Part shown: positions 1-14,703 of the stretch, one piece after another
How the letters are laid out: each line of letters starts with the position of its first letter
How positions within the stretch are numbered: the first letter of the stretch is position 1
Assembly (NCBI RefSeq): GCF_964355755.1
Contig: NC_092670.1
Location: forward strand, 30,430,388-30,494,387
DNA from: Antedon mediterranea
Lineage: Eukaryota > Animalia > Echinodermata
Length of the DNA: 64,000 nucleotides
Direction: 5' to 3'
The notes under the pieces: model-generated
What the model was told of the DNA's origin: nothing
Seen by the model: the letters and a program-made list of their open reading frames with translations, nothing else
The model's database searches: none
Translations under genes and position numbers: made by a program

Positions 1-1259
1 ACATTTTTTTAAAGCGTTTAAAAGCAAATAATGTAGTACAGCTAGCTAGATTTCACAGTGTTTGTTATTGTTTGCGTACATTCTACATGTATATATAGTA
101 CTGTAGTTACTAGAGTTTTTAAAATTAAATTATTTGCATGCTATTTTTGCATTATATTTATATTTACTTTAATGATGTACCATTTTTCAAATATCAATTT
201 AGTTTGTAGGCCTACCATTGATAGTAGGAAACCATTTTTTTTTTCAATTTAACAGCACTTAAAAGCTAGCGCCTTGCTGAGTGTTTGTTAGTAGGAATTT
301 TTAAATCATTAAGCCTACTTTTCTAATACTCACCATATTAAAAAAAAGTCACCCATGAGGATTAAACATTTCTATTATATGTGGAAACAATTTCATTATA
401 TATTGTTGAAATACCAGTAAGCAATTATATTTCAGCTGTATATTTAAATTATTCATAGTTTACAGACGGGTTTTAAACAACAAGACAGGAATGTTAGTGT
501 CCTTTTAAGTTGGTCCCCTGGTTACATCCATCTCTAGTAATTGAGTTGGCAATGTTGCCATCAACCTACGTGTTATGAAAAAGTCATAGATCACTCAAAT
601 CATGATATGTTTGCTAAACCTTACATATTTATAAACAATCTGCAAATTAGACCAAAAATACAAATTAGTATTCGCCATTGCTGTAAGGATAGTTATAAGC
701 ATTACTGGGCGTTCTGTTGTTCGTTGTTTTTAAATAATTCAGAGTTAATATTTTATAAAATTATATATTTCCAATTAATATTTCTATAATTATAGTGTTT
801 GGAATTTAAAATAAACAAAGTTTTCAACAATATTTAGATGATTTTTTCTTATTTTCCATATTTGATTGGACGATTGTTGGTCACATGGCGTGCAATAGTA
901 CGCACTATTAACGATTGTTAAATAATACTTTTTCTTTAAATTGTTTTCGTGTAGGAAAAAAAAATATTTTCGCATACAGAAATTTTTTTTGAAGACCATT
1001 ACTTTAGAAATCCAACAGCGCCGCTTATTCTGTACTTCCGCCGCGATGATGCAAGTGTGATACTCTCGTATCGTTACAGAAGTACATTTTTGGAGAGATA
1101 TGTACTAATTTAGACCAAAAAAGCATTTCTACACATAAAATTCACATTTATTTACTCATCCTTTATAAATATAGTTTCATAGCATAAATGATGGCAAGGA
1201 TCCTGCATAGAGAAGTTTACACTTCTGTTTTCGCAGGACCCTTTTACATAAAAACATAA

Positions 1260-2070
1260 AACAATAAACACAACATAATAGATAAAAAAAAAACAATTCC
1301 TATATACATCAATAAAATGTCTCTTTTTACATATTTTTTGAGTATTTTATAATTCTTGTTAACAATATCTAAGTGATTTCTACAAAGCTCGTTCCATAGT
1401 TTCGGTCCATGTATACTGATAAAATGTTGTCCAGACGTTAACCTAGAGTATGGTTGTTTTATACGCTACAAATATTTCGAAGATTATGGGTAGTATTTTC
1501 GTTTCTTTTGAATATCATTTGGATTCGTCTGGGTAAAACATTACCTTTAATCTGGGCCATGAAACCTAGGACGGTAACTCTGTTGACATCTTGTATGTTA
1601 AGTATATTTAATCGCTTAAACAGTGGCTCAGAATGTTGCCATGGCTTTTTAAATAAAATAATTCTAGCAGCCTTTTTCTGGAGTTTAAGAAGGGATTCTA
1701 GTGTACTATCATAAGTACTGCCCCAAATAATGTTTCCATACTGAAGGTGAGGTAGAATTAATGTATGTAAATTTGTTAAAATATAATTAGGAAAAAAATG
1801 TCTACTTTTTCCAATATTCCAATAGACCTGCGTTTTTTTTGCTAATAAGCCTTATATGATTTTTCCAGCAAAGGTTCTCATTTATTACAACCCAAAGAAA
1901 TGTTACATTTTTCTTTTGTTCTAAAGTAATGTTATTCATTTTCAATTCAATGTTGGTTGTAATAATACGCCTTTGGGAAGTTTTAAAGATTACGTAATTT
2001 GTTTTGCTGGTGTTTAATAAAAGTTTTTTTTTTTCTCTTTTATGGCGCAAACACCACTTTTATTCACATT
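1260..2070 (-). mobile_element. CR1/L2-clade LINE, 3' RT fragment
   Basis: LLLNTSKTNYVIF, FLWVVINENLCWKNHI, then TLILPHLQYGNIIWG-like sequence and a WNEL motif. Confidence 0.7.
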
Positions 2071-2079
2071 CATATTATC

Positions 2080-4925
2080 TCATATTACATAAAATCATAT
2101 TATTTAACTTGTAAATGTCGTTCTTAAGTAACATTTTTACATATATGATTTCTGTATTACTCCCTTTTTCATTAATTTTCTTATATTTTGCTATACACTT
2201 GACAGGATCATCATTATCATCTATCCCGTTTTAAAATAGTTTACACATTTTCATTTGTTTGTTTTTAAAAAACTAGCACCATTTGCATTGCAGTTTTTTT
2301 TTTTCACTTTTGTTGTGTAACATAAACTGAATATATTTAAAATTAATTCATGCAATATAATATATATATGCTACATTGTATGGTAAAATAAATATAATAA
2401 AACACATTTAAATCAAACCTACGGCAGTCATATCAACTACATTAGATTTAAAGACCACCCATGGATTTTGACAAAACGGTTTTTTTAATTCATTATATAT
2501 TTTTATTTTATAAATAGAATAGGTAGCGATGGTATATAATTGTTTTTTTGTACAATTTCCACTGCCAAGAATGAGCTCTTTAAAAGAGCTTTTACTACCA
2601 TCAATATTTTTAAAAATGTTATCTATATTTCTCCATAAATTCTTGTTACCTGGACATTCAAAGAACATGTGTTTTTCATCGTCAAAGGCATCACAATTAT
2701 TGCATTTACTAGTACTCTTAATATTCCACATATAATCGACTATTGGTAGGAATAGTTCGATTCAACAATTTATAATTAAATTGTGCATATTTTTTGTTTT
2801 TTTCATTTAATACTTTTTGTTTCCAAACTTCTGGCCATTTTATTGTGATTTTAAAGACATTCTCCCATTTATGTATAATACATTGAGGAGGAATATAAAT
2901 GCTGTCGACAAAGTATAAATATGCATCTTTTGTGGTCGTTCCTAAAATTGTATCGATTACGTCACATTTTGTAACATATTATTTACCTGTTTATTGTTTT
3001 TCTTAATTACATTTATCCACATTTTTGGAATTGCTTCAACAAGTGTAGTGTATTCACTAATCCAATTTCTTTTTATACCCAAATTATTCTTTATTTCACT
3101 TGGGTTTAATAAACGATTAAAGGAAACAACGTGTTTCACTTTTGTAAACCCTGATGAAACCCAATTTTTATAAAATAAAGCCTTGTTATTTATTTTAATA
3201 TTCTTGTTTCCCCATACGTATTGTTCAACAATCTGTTCATAATTACTGATAGTTTCAACGTCAACCTTGTTAAAATCGACGCAGCTCTCAATAACTTTTA
3301 AATAAAATAATGGTATACCTTGAAAGATCTTCTGATTAGTGAGATTTATGCATGACATACTGAATAAAATATTCTCATTACCTATTCTATTGATGTAATG
3401 CAAAGGCAACAATTTCCACCTTACATGTTTTCTCGATAGGAGATTTCTCGCCCATTTAATTTTAAGTGATTTTACTTGTAGTGAGAAATCAGGCATTCCA
3501 ACGGTTTACCAATTAATGTTTTTCTTTTTATTTTTTCTTTTGTTCCATTCCACAAGAATTCATATGACAATTTATTTACTTTCGCGATAACATGGTTAGG
3601 TACATCTATAATTGAAGCATTGTATATCAATTTTGACAATGCAAGACTTTTTAGAATTGTCACCTTACCATAATATGTTAGATCTATCATTTTCCAAGTA
3701 TTCAGTAGTCTTTCAAAGTTTATCATTTTAGCATCCCAGTTTAACTCTTTGCTCAATATGGTATTGTATCCAATATAGATCCCTAATATCTTAATTGGTT
3801 TATCTACCAATTCAGCTTACCAGGCTTCTCAATTCTATTTCTATTTTTACCTATCCACATAGCGTTGGTTTTATGCTCATTTAAACACATACCAGACACT
3901 TTACAAAATTCTTTTACAATTTTTACACTCCTACTTATACTTTTGTCATTTCCGACAAACAACACCATATCGTCATTAAGCTGCGCAATACGCACCTCTT
4001 CAAAATCACAATCTTTTTTAGGAACTGGTATTCCTTTATAGATTCCCTGCTAACAGAATCGAAAGCTTTTTTAAAATCAAGTGATATTATAGCACCTTCT
4101 GTTTCTGTTTCTTCAGTGTAATGAAGAATGTCATTAATCATTTTGTTTATTTGAATTTGAATGAATTTGAAAATTGAAATTTGAATTCGAATATTCTCGC
4201 CAGAGAATCGACCCTTAATATAGCCTTTTTGATCCTCATTAACTAGCATCTTAATTACGTTTTGAAGTCTTGAACATAGTATGTGAGTCAGAATTTTATA
4301 GTATGTGTTAAGCAATGTAATAGGACGCCAGTTGTCTAACAATTCTTTGTCACCTTTTTTGTACAATAGTTTAATGACACCCCGTTTTTGAGTAGTGCTC
4401 ATTTCTTTTTTACAATAACAGTAATTTAAAGCACTACAGACGCTTTCTTTAATTTCTTCCTAAACACATTTATAACATCTACTGTCAAACCATCGCATCC
4501 TGGTGCTTTGTTTGATTTCATACTTTGTATTGCCATTTCACATTCATATAAGGTAACAATACCCTCACATAAACTCTTTTCTTTTTCTGTTAAACATGGT
4601 ATATCTGTTTTGTTAAGATATGATTCTATTTCATTAAGAGGAATCTCTTTCTTTGCATAAAGCTGTTTATAAAACCTAACCTCTTCTCGAAGTATATCTT
4701 TTGAGGTTGTTATAATTTCGCCGTTCAATTTTTAAAGACTTTTTATAACCTTTTTATTACCATTTCTTTTTTCTAAATTTAAAAAGTATTTTGTGCTACG
4801 TTCACCTTCTTCTATCCACTTTACCCTTGAACGTACGTATGCACCTTTTGTTTCATTATCATAAATGTTTTCTAACTCTTTAGTTTTTGTTTCAATGTTT
4901 ATTTCTATGGTTTCCACATTCATCG
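2080..4925 (-). mobile_element. 5'-truncated Tx1/L1-clade LINE ORF2 (degraded RT and C-terminal zinc knuckle)
   Basis: RVKWIEEGERSTKYFLNLEK, KAPGCDG, NWRPITLLN, LDFKKAFDSV, AQLNDD, KILGIY and CNNC...HMFFEC across frameshifted ORFs. Confidence 0.85.
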
Positions 4926-5075
4926 TGTTTGCCAATGCGTTCAGGTTATTTCCACACTTGAACCCTGTTGTATCATCGGCAAAGCTAATGAATTCAATCT
5001 GTGTACTTGAGTTACATCCCTATATCGTTTACATATACAAGAAACAACAAAGGTCCCAAAACGGACCCCAAAGAT
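4926..5075 (-). mobile_element. CR1/L2-clade LINE RT core fragment
   Basis: The minus strand reads ...LGPLLFLVYVNDI...SFADDTTG. Confidence 0.65.
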
Positions 5076-7662
5076 TCAGAATAATATATTTGATTTGTCT
5101 TTGGGGTCAAGGTCAAAGGTCATTCCAGTTTGACATCTAAATTATGCAAATTATCTCTTAATCCATTAGGTATTTTGAATAAGAATGTACAAGTACAAAT
5201 ATAAACATGACCCTTAAGATTCTGAATAGCACATTTGATTTTTTATCTTACCCTGGGGTCACTGGGTCAAAGGTCACAATATAAAAAAATTCAAATTATC
5301 CTTTAAATCAATTTCCATAGTAGTCTTACTACTACTAAAAACATAGCATATACAGTACAGACATTGCAGCAGATTGATGTCTGCACACTGCGCCCACACC
5401 CCTCCCACCCAGAGACTACTAGGTCAATTTAAAAAAAAATTGTTTATTTATAAATATTATAACTACTAAATGTACATAGTATGAGTAGGTCATTTACTTT
5501 ATACCATACAGTATAGCTTATTTTGACATTTACTATTACATTTAGGCATACCTACTTTAGTAGACCTACAAAGCTTTTAAGCTTACATTTCTGAAACATT
5601 GGTCACAAAAATGTCTAAATAATTCTTGGGTCGGACTCGATCGTCAATGGAGTTACTTTTTAAGATGTTTTTGCCATACTCTGGACAATTCTCGCTTCAC
5701 TGAGAATTCAGTAAAATTACGTCAGAGTAGACCAATAAACTTAGGTTTCTGATAATTAGTAATTTAAATTATCATCTATCATTTTTTTTTAAATCAAATT
5801 ATCTACAATTAAACTAAGCAACAACAGTTGCAACGAACTAGTTTTGTTAAAGTATACTTTAGTAAGTATCACAATGACTTACTGTCTTACTGTATTCATT
5901 ACATTCTCGATTGAAGCATCATTTTGCTAATAAAAGTATTAATAAATACTGTTACTTAATCCTAATATATATTGATACTTTAAAATGTTTGTGTTTAGAT
6001 AAATTTTAACATACAGTACACTAATGGTATTTAAATATGAATACAAACTACACTTGTTTTTAATGGCTGGATTTTTTTTAATTTTCATCCATCTCAAACT
6101 TAAAAATTTAGGGTGTTACGAAAGATTCTAATTTTTTTTTAAAGTATCTTTATATTTGTGTCATTTGAGAGCAGAGGACTCGTTCTTATACTAAAGTAAA
6201 CTATAGACACTTGTTCTAAAGATTTTTAGTTCACATAGTCTCTGTATTCTTAATACACAGAATATGTCATCTTTCACTTCTGCACCCACTTTGGTTAGTA
6301 CAACATAACTTTTCCCAATGTTAAAGTCAGGTTTTACTGTTTCAAGTGGTCGGTTACTGTTTGAACCACATGACCTCCATTTTCACAGTTACAAATTTTG
6401 TAAGGGTAAACAGCCAGGATTGTGTGACATATTTTAGCATAGTGTACTATAATCTAAAAACCACCAAATATAATAAATGTAATTCCTTACAATTAAAACA
6501 CCTTTCCTAATAGTCTGATCCCTGAAGTTAACTCAAATGAGCTTTTCAAAATAGATATGAGTTGTTCATAAGTACATCATCCAAATTGAAATGAATTCAC
6601 TTCATAATTAGAGTATTTTATATTGTAAGATAATGACATTTTATCTTGACCCAATACAAATCAAATGCAAATCATAAGAACATATTATGTATATTTCTAT
6701 TAAATACATTCTTGTTCAAAATACCTGATGTTTTGAGAGATAATTAGCATATTTTATATGGCATAATTAGATGACATTTGACTTTGACCCCATACAACTC
6801 AATTGCATCTTTCTAAATATTTAGGGTCATTTTATATTAAATACATTCTTGTTAAAAATACCTGATGTTTTGAGAGATAATTAGCATATTTTATATGGCA
6901 TAATTAGATGACATTTGACTTTGACCCCATATACAACTCAATTGCATCATTCTGAATATTTAGGGTCATATTTATATTAAATACATTCTTGTTAAAAATA
7001 CCTGATGTTTTGAGAGTTATTTTCAAATTTTATATAGTGTAATTAGATAACCTTTTGAACCTTGAACCCTAATACAACTCAATTACTGTACATTATTCTA
7101 AACCGTTAGGGTCATGTTTAGGCCTATATTTGTACTATAGTTAAACATTCTTATTCAAAATACCTAATGGATTAAGAGATAATTAGCATATTTTAGAGGC
7201 CATACTGGAATTACCTTTGACCTTGACCCCAAAGACAAATCAAATACATTATTTTAAATCTTTAGGGTAACATTTATATTTGTACTTATACATTCTTATT
7301 CAAAATACCTAATGGATTAAGAGATAATTAGCATATTTTAGATGTCAAACTGGAATAACCTTTGACCTTGACCCCAAAGACAAATCAAATATATTATTCT
7401 GAATCTTTGGGGTCATGTTTATATTTGTGTTCAATACATTCTTATACCAAATTCTTTATGGTTTAAGAGATAATTGGGGTCAAAGTTGTAAAATGGCAGC
7501 CATTTTGATTTTATGCAAATTAGGTAATTTATAATCGGCAGATCAGGGTAGATTTTGGATATGACAATATCTACATATAGTTGAGTATGTTTCAGCAAAA
7601 AAACAAACTGTTGCAATTTGTTTGACTGAAAAGTCTATTTCCACTCATCTAACAACCCTCTA
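5076..7662. mobile_element. Non-autonomous TIR element with tandem subterminal repeats of about 120 bp (possibly Academ-like), left end truncated
   Basis: 5076-5230 is the reverse complement of about 7260-7415. Several diverged units containing GACCTTGACCCC / ACATTCTT.TT.AAAATACCT lie at 6640-7470. The right end terminates in CTA. Confidence 0.55.
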
Positions 7663-8918
7663 TAATTTTGTCACCAGATGTAAAAGTGGATGGAACGTTA
7701 TTTTTGCCTCCACCTGGATTTATTATATCATTTATAATATTCCATGTTTTTTTTAATTTCCTCTAGTATTGTTAAAAACATTTTCATAATATGATTTCCT
7801 TTCATTTTTGCATGTACACATAAATGACTTATTAAACTCTTTATAAATATCCTTATTTTTAGACGAGGGATGTTTTATAAATTTGTTGTACAACACATGT
7901 TTTCTTTTGCTAGAGCTCTTGAGCTCATCCATGGTTGTTTAAACTTTTTATACATTTTGTAATTTTCTTGAAATTTTTCTTTTTTTTTTAAAGTTTTTAT
8001 TATATAATTCTTTGAAAGTGTTGATAACAGCATTGTAAGCATCATCAGGGTTTGTCCTTGCATATACATTAGCCCAATCAACAGGTAATAAGTCATTTTA
8101 TATAACACCTAAATAAATTCCTGTCATTTGATTGGACGATTGTGGGTCACATGGCGTGCAATAGTACGCACTATTAAACGATCGTTTAATAGTACTTTTT
8201 GAAACATTTTTGTGTACGAAAAAAAAAACGTCTCGCGGATGAAAAAAAATCTAGTACACAAATTATCCTATGATATGGCTCTGTACTGTGAAATACAACA
8301 GCGCCACCTGTCGTCTGGCCTCAGTTTCGTTTTTCTTTTAAACATTTTGTGTACGAAAAAAAAAACGTTTCGCGGACGAAAAAAAAATCTAGTACACAAA
8401 TTACCCTATGATATGGCTCTGTACTGTGAAATAAAACAGCGCCACCTGTCGTCTGGTCTCAGTTTCATTTGTAAACACCACCGCGAGATATGCAACAGCA
8501 GCAGATATTTGTGTATGATTTGGACATTATGTACAGTACTAATTTCAACTCGGCTCGCCTCGTTGAAATATAACCTTTCATCATTCACCTCGTGCCATTA
8601 TTTGTACCATTACACTCATAAACATTCATTATTTGTATAATATAGTTTATTTATATTTCTTTCGTTTATTGCATATTTATGAGGTTCTATATTCCCGGTT
8701 TTTACTTTAATATGTTTGTCAGGCACGGAGTGGATAATTTGGTATACCGGTAAATGATCAGATATGTCTGAGATTAGTATACCAGATAACATTTGTTCAG
8801 AAAGTGTATTGGAGAAAATGTTATCAATTAATGAAGATGTGTTGTTTTGTATTCTAGTGGGTCTTGAAATCGATGCTTTATATCGTTTTGTATAATTTTG
8901 AATTATTAATGGGAACAT
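7663..8918 (-). mobile_element. CR1/L2-clade LINE endonuclease end and linker, interrupted by an insertion at about 8110-8640
   Basis: RPTRIQNNTSSLIDNIFSN...SDISDHLPVY (APE C-terminus), KQPWMS and KTWNIINDII. Confidence 0.7.
8113..8640. repeat. Interspersed non-autonomous element; related copies at about 858-1110 and 15900-16030
   Basis: Shared ATTTGATTGGAC...GGTCAC.TGGCG start, an internal tandem duplication of about 140 bp (8200-8470), and hairpin TTCAACTCGGCTCGCCTCGTTGAA near the end. Confidence 0.6.
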
Positions 8919-10242
8919 CTCTACAAGACGTGACTGGAAAATAATCCTCGATGGATGAATCGATTGAATAAAATCGATTCTACATTTGTTATTACAAATA
9001 GTTACCTGGTTAGCGATTTTAAGCCATTATAAGCCATTATAACAGTACGAAAAAGTCCCGTAGAGCCATTAAATAAGAATTAACTCTCTTTCTGCTTCAT
9101 TGCTGTCAACAACAAAAATAGTTGCAAAGTTTCTAATTTGTATTAAAATAATATAAATGTTAAACCGGAGCTACCCTTTAAGATTGTCCTTACTCTCAAT
9201 TACGACATTCGTGATATCAAAGATGTTTCGTTTCTAAACTATTCAGTTCAGTTTCATACATGTTGATGTGACTTCACTGGGTCCACGGAAGACTTCCTCA
9301 TTTTGCTCTGTTTTTTTTTTCTATTTCTTTTTAATTTTCAATTTTATAAGATATCGATATAACCACATTTATTAAAATTAATTAAATCGTACATAATATT
9401 TTTAATGTATTTATTTAACTGTTTATAGGCCTAAAGGTACTTATTTTAACTCAAGAAGTAATACTAGTTGTCTTGTTTTTCATTTTTCACATTAGGATTT
9501 GTATCGCCGAATAATAAAAATGCAATTTACTAGCCTATTCGAAAGCACAACTGCCAATAAAAAAAAAACACGCTCTTCGAGAATATTTTTTTGTTTTTTC
9601 ATAAACGCAGTTTTAAGCCTTCAACATATCGCCAGAAAATTGGATTGAGATTTCAACTACTGTAGGTGTCAAACATGCCACTGTACATTACTTTCATCAA
9701 TACATATTTAATCATTAACAAACTAAAACTTAATATAAAAAAATACATTAGTTTTACACAATAGTTTTTAAATTGTATTTTTTTTACTCTGCAATTCTAT
9801 TCTCCCTGATTCCGCCCTTATTATGGAATGGGAATAAACTGTTCTTCGGTTTCTTGAGTCGACGTATTGGACCTGAGTAGAGGTTACCCTGTTACAAAGA
9901 AGTTTCATTCCCAGTATAGCTTCCTTGCTACTTCTGTTTCACGTGAAAAGCGAACTGAAACCGATGGTTTCTTTTGTCTTCTGGTGGCCTTTCGATGGTC
10001 AGATTGTCGCATCAAACACCTACTTCTTGTCTCAATGCGTTTACGAGTTTCTATGTTTGCAAGTAATTGTGTTGCGTAGGCCATACAGTTATGCCGCTGG
10101 CAGTATTGGTGAGATGAACAGCAAAGTCTTCGCAGAAAACAACCGGTGCATACGATGTCCCTCCAAAGAACACGTGGCCATCGGTTATCTGAAATACATG
10201 AGGTTATAGATAACTAAAATTGTTTTCATTGTCGTCGATCCT

Positions 10243-11124
10243 AAAGCTTGGTTCCCACTGGAATGCAACGCAAGAATGAAGACATAACGTATTGATACAC
10301 ATGCCGTAAAAGCATACCGGTAACCTTGCGTGTCACAAGTGAGAACCGGAGATGAACACACGTGCCGTATACGTATATTAAACCAGCGAAGAGTGAAATC
10401 ACAAATTCCACTTTTCCCTAAATAAACCCCGTTTTATGCTTTGCCTACGTCGTAACAGTGAGGGGATGCGAAATTGCGTTGTTTACCGTACGTTGCGGCA
10501 AGAACCAAGTTGTATGTTCGTACATGGACGTCTAAAGCTTGGTTCCCACTAGAACGTAACGCAAGGACGTAAACGCAACGCAGGCGTTTTAACCAATGAC
10601 AAGCGAAGTTATAGACAGTTAGCAATTACAAGCGAATAAGCCATCGCTTGTGATTGGTCAATTCACTTGCGTTGCGTTACGTCCTTGTGTTGCGTCGCTA
10701 GTGGGAACCATGCTTTAAGCGTGGTTCCCACTATACTAAAGCGTGGTTTCATACTAGCGACGCAACACAAGGACGTAACGCAACGCAAGTGAATTGACCA
10801 ATCACAAGCTATGGCTTATTCGCTTGTGATTGCCAACTGTCTATAACTTCGCTTGTCATTGGTTAAAACGCTTGCGTTGCGTTTACGTCCTTCCGTTAAG
10901 TTCTAGTGGGAACCAAGCTTACAGCTTCTGGCGACGCAACGTAACGCAACCTACGCAACGTAGGAAAATGCCCTTCCAATAATTGTGTTTGCCCCCGCCT
11001 GCGTGAAATCAAACCTGCGATTTTTGCAGCACTGTTGCGTCGTCGGTTCCCACTTATTATTACGCAATACATCACTCTGCGTCAATACGTCACCGCGTTG
11101 CGTTCTAGTGGGAACCACGCTTAA
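10243..11124. mobile_element. Cluster of nested PIF/Harbinger-like MITEs (TIR AGC(T/G)TGGTTCCCACTAG)
   Basis: Two copies of about 185 bp (10535-10716, 10739-10920) in opposite orientation. Further TIRs at 10245, 10718 and 11105-11122, with TAA/TTA flanks. A partial copy lies at 31775-31875. Confidence 0.7.
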
Positions 11125-13104
11125 CATCAGCGACGACGAAATCTGTTAAAGCAAAATATTCTACATTATGCATAAACTAGACCTGACATTACTTTACAGC
11201 ACAATGCACATTGGTTTGTACTATACTGTTTATGATCAAGGGATCAACTATCCACAGTAATGTAATAGATCCTTATCATATACCCCTATGGGGTAATAAA
11301 CTGATATACCGTACATGTAGTAAACGTGACTGCCTGTACGTCTTGTGCGACTGCGCCACTTGGCAGCCCAGGCCATCTTGGTAGCAAATTTGGCTTCCTT
11401 TGCAAACGTCTTTCTAACAGCCACACGCCATAAATATCCCAGAAAACTTGCGCATTTTCAGGTGTCAACTTTGACAAAGGACCGCTTAATAATGGAAATA
11501 TGTCTGAAAGTAATTTTGTTTTTGTTAATTTAAAGATTAATTTGATGAATATGGTTATTTGATTTTATTATTGTATTGAATTATCATTTTGATTGATTTG
11601 TAGGCCTACATTTAAAATGTATTTAATTGAAATAATTGTTTATTTTTAGATACATACATGATTCAATGAGTTATGTTAATGTTTACTCCTGTATTTTGAA
11701 ACTAAAATAACGTACTCTTATTTACCTTATTCAAACAAAAAAGAGGACAAATAATAATTTTGGAACCAGATGAATGTATTTAATATGATGTAATGGGTGT
11801 CTGCTTAATAATCTTACTGTAACAGTGTTTGATGATTGATGTTTGTTATATAATTTATAAATATTATTAGTCGATAAATTAATTTCGGGTAGCTTGAAAA
11901 TTTGATCTTTTGGAACTAAATGCAAAAGGTTACCAAAAAGTTGCTGAAAATCTTGCAAACGATATGGTGGTGATATAGGTACTTTATCCAACGCGTTCAT
12001 GGCTTCTTTCATCATATTGGTCAGGTCTCTTTCCTAGTATAAACACATTGTATTGTTAATGTTTCTAAAACAATTATTGCTGTCAGACTATTCTATTTTT
12101 CAGCATAATTTAGAATTTAGGTTAGGCCTAGGCTATATATTATTATACAATATACGATATAAATAGGACTATAACGTCTAAGGCCTAATTAGCCTAGGCT
12201 TTTAAAAAACCCATATAAACATGCGACCTTTTCAATTCTATATGATGATAGTATAGGTCTAGGCCTAGTAGGTATTTGCTAGCTTATGCCTAATAGGGTA
12301 GGCCCTAGCTTAGCATAGACCTAACCCTAGCCCCTACTAGCATAGCTTAGCTAGATCTAGGCCTAGCCACTAGGCTACTTTAGGCTAGGCCTAGGCTATA
12401 TAGGCCAGGCCTAGTATGAAACTCAGCATTTACTTACGTTAATTGGTATCCGAATAGGGCCTAATATTCTTGTTTTTATTTGATTATTCTCAGAACGTAA
12501 TCGCATGATTTATCTATTCATTTAAAAAATGCCTATATTGTATAGCATAGGCCTAAGCCTAAAAATACGGCATAAAATAATAATTATCTGCATTTATTGT
12601 CGCACAGTTTTATACATTCTAAACTTCTATGCGTCAACGACAATCGACATACACGCGCCACATTTAGAATGAGCGCATGGCGCAATTGATAGATGAGCGC
12701 AATGTGGCCATGTTTCTGCAGCCAAAAATTAACCGAAAACAATTAACCGATAAAGTTTATGTTGAAATGAACTTATTTCATTCGAGAAAAATTAACAAAT
12801 CATTATTTCATTCAAATAAGGCCATTTTTCCGCAGCAAAAAAAAACCCATAATTAACCGATTAAATTAACCGATAAAAATTAACCAATAAAAATTAACTA
12901 ATAATTAACCGATAAACTGCCTGTAGAAGAAACGAGGTTTAACCGATTCCACTCGAGAAAAATTAACCGATAATTATCTCATTCAAATCGGATAATTATC
13001 CGATGAATGTGACGACTTTTAACCTTTGACCCGTATGACAAATTGTTACGTTGTGGAATTAGCGCATGGGTGATACGGTAATGAGTGATCATATGCGCAC
13101 TTTT

Positions 13105-13570
13105 TTTATTCAGCTCCGCCAAAGGAGGTTATATATGTAGTTGATCGCGTGTGTCTGTTTGTTAGCAGGATTACTCAAAAAGTCATTGCAAGATCTTTAC
13201 CAAAATGGCACCACAAGGACCACTCCATTAATTTTTGGAGGCAATCCGGACCAGGGTTCCAATTCTGGACCACTTTTTAGTATTATTTTCAGACCTGATA
13301 TCGGTAATTAAAAGATAGGAGACAATTTTCAAAAGCCGGGGAGTAACAAGTAAATTGATGTACAGGTTTTTTGATACGATCGAGTAGTTTTAATAAACCT
13401 ATTTCTTTTCAAATTCACCCGTTTGTTTTTGGCGTTGCTGTTCTATTGTTTGTTAGTGAACTGAAACTATTGTTAGTTGAAAGGCTGGTTACATAACCAC
13501 TACACGAAATTCTAATACACCATGGTTGTAGTGAAATTAACATAATCACACACAGCATTAAGATACAAAA

Positions 13571-13601
<31 letters not shown>

Positions 13602-14703
13602 TTCATTTTTTTTTTATTCATTTCAAAAAATACAAACACAAATCACTTAAATATAAAGTAATAGGTATCAAAAAGATATGAACGTTTAAATAAAGTAACT
13701 TACAGTGATCAAACAATATTAAAAAACTATAAATTATTAATTCCATTTTTTTTTTAAAGTAAATAATTAATTAATTTGGTAAATGCTGTGTTTTCCACAA
13801 TTATGTAACTAATCTAACTAAATATAATTGTATTAATCAAATTAGCCAGAGATATACATTTACTAACATATTAATTTTTTTTTGTCTTTACATAGTAATA
13901 ATAAATAATACTCATATTTATACATACACATACATACACACAAATATATCTTAATCTGTACTATTACCAAGGAACTATAATATAATTGTGTTAATTAAAA
14001 TCAGATACATACATTTAACAACATAACCATTTTTGTTTCTTTAAAATAATACATATATATTAATAAAATACATATTTTTAATTATCTGTATTGTAACCAA
14101 GGAACTAATAGTATGCCTATAATAAATACTTAAATATATCTAACAAGTGCAAATAATAATTTCTGGTTTACATTTTAATTTAATACAATAATAAAGAGCA
14201 AGCGTAATAATAATAATAATACACAAAAGTAAGTCATTTCCTCGAGAAACAGTATCGTTAAGTTATCAAATATAATCTTCTATTAATTCCCACTTTTGTC
14301 TGAAATTATACAATGTACTTCTTTTAGAAGCAATGTTTTTCTCTACGTTATAATTAAATTTTAACCGATTAAAGAAAACCTGGAAGACTGGCTTTTTGTG
14401 AGTTAATTTGTAACTAAATATAATTTTCTTAATCAACAAAATACATAGATTTAATAACATATCAGGATTTTCTGTATTGTAACCAAATAATATGGAGGTT
14501 TTATCAAGGTAAATCTTTGTTTTTGAAATGTTTTCCCACCAAGTTGTGAATTCATCCCATAGTTTGGTTGCAATGTTACATTCAACCAAAAGATGGGTCA
14601 TAGTTTCACTATTTGATTCACATATTTTGTTTCCCGGTGAAATCTTATGTAGGAAATTTTACTGTAGAGGCGGAGTGATACACTCTCGGAGTCCGTTCTA
14701 GTT
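13105..14703 (+). mobile_element. Helentron/HINE-like non-autonomous element split by a LINE 3' fragment
   Basis: 5' CTCCGCCAAAGGAGGTTAT...TGTCTGTTTGTTAGCAGGATTACTCAAAAAGT and 3' GGCGGAG...CTCTCGGAGT...TTCTAGTT; sub-terminal inverted CTCCGCC/GGCGGAG. Confidence 0.45.
13590..14665 (-). mobile_element. Tx1/L1-like LINE 3' end fragment
   Basis: ORF 14266..14601 (ETMTHLLVEC, ILFG, LLIKKIIF..K, KW) is a LINE ORF2 C-terminus, followed by an AT-rich UTR and an A-rich tail near 13590. Confidence 0.65.

Noticed and set aside
11731-12015. 94-aa ORF that might be a host exon or transposon accessory protein
   Set aside because: No motif I can identify with confidence and no partner exons found.
12100-13010. 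TAGGCCTA-rich tract and AATTAACCGATA short repeats
   Set aside because: Low-complexity, transposon-internal-type sequence (TAGGCCTA tracts recur at 48290-48370 and 60900-61060); no defined boundaries or function.
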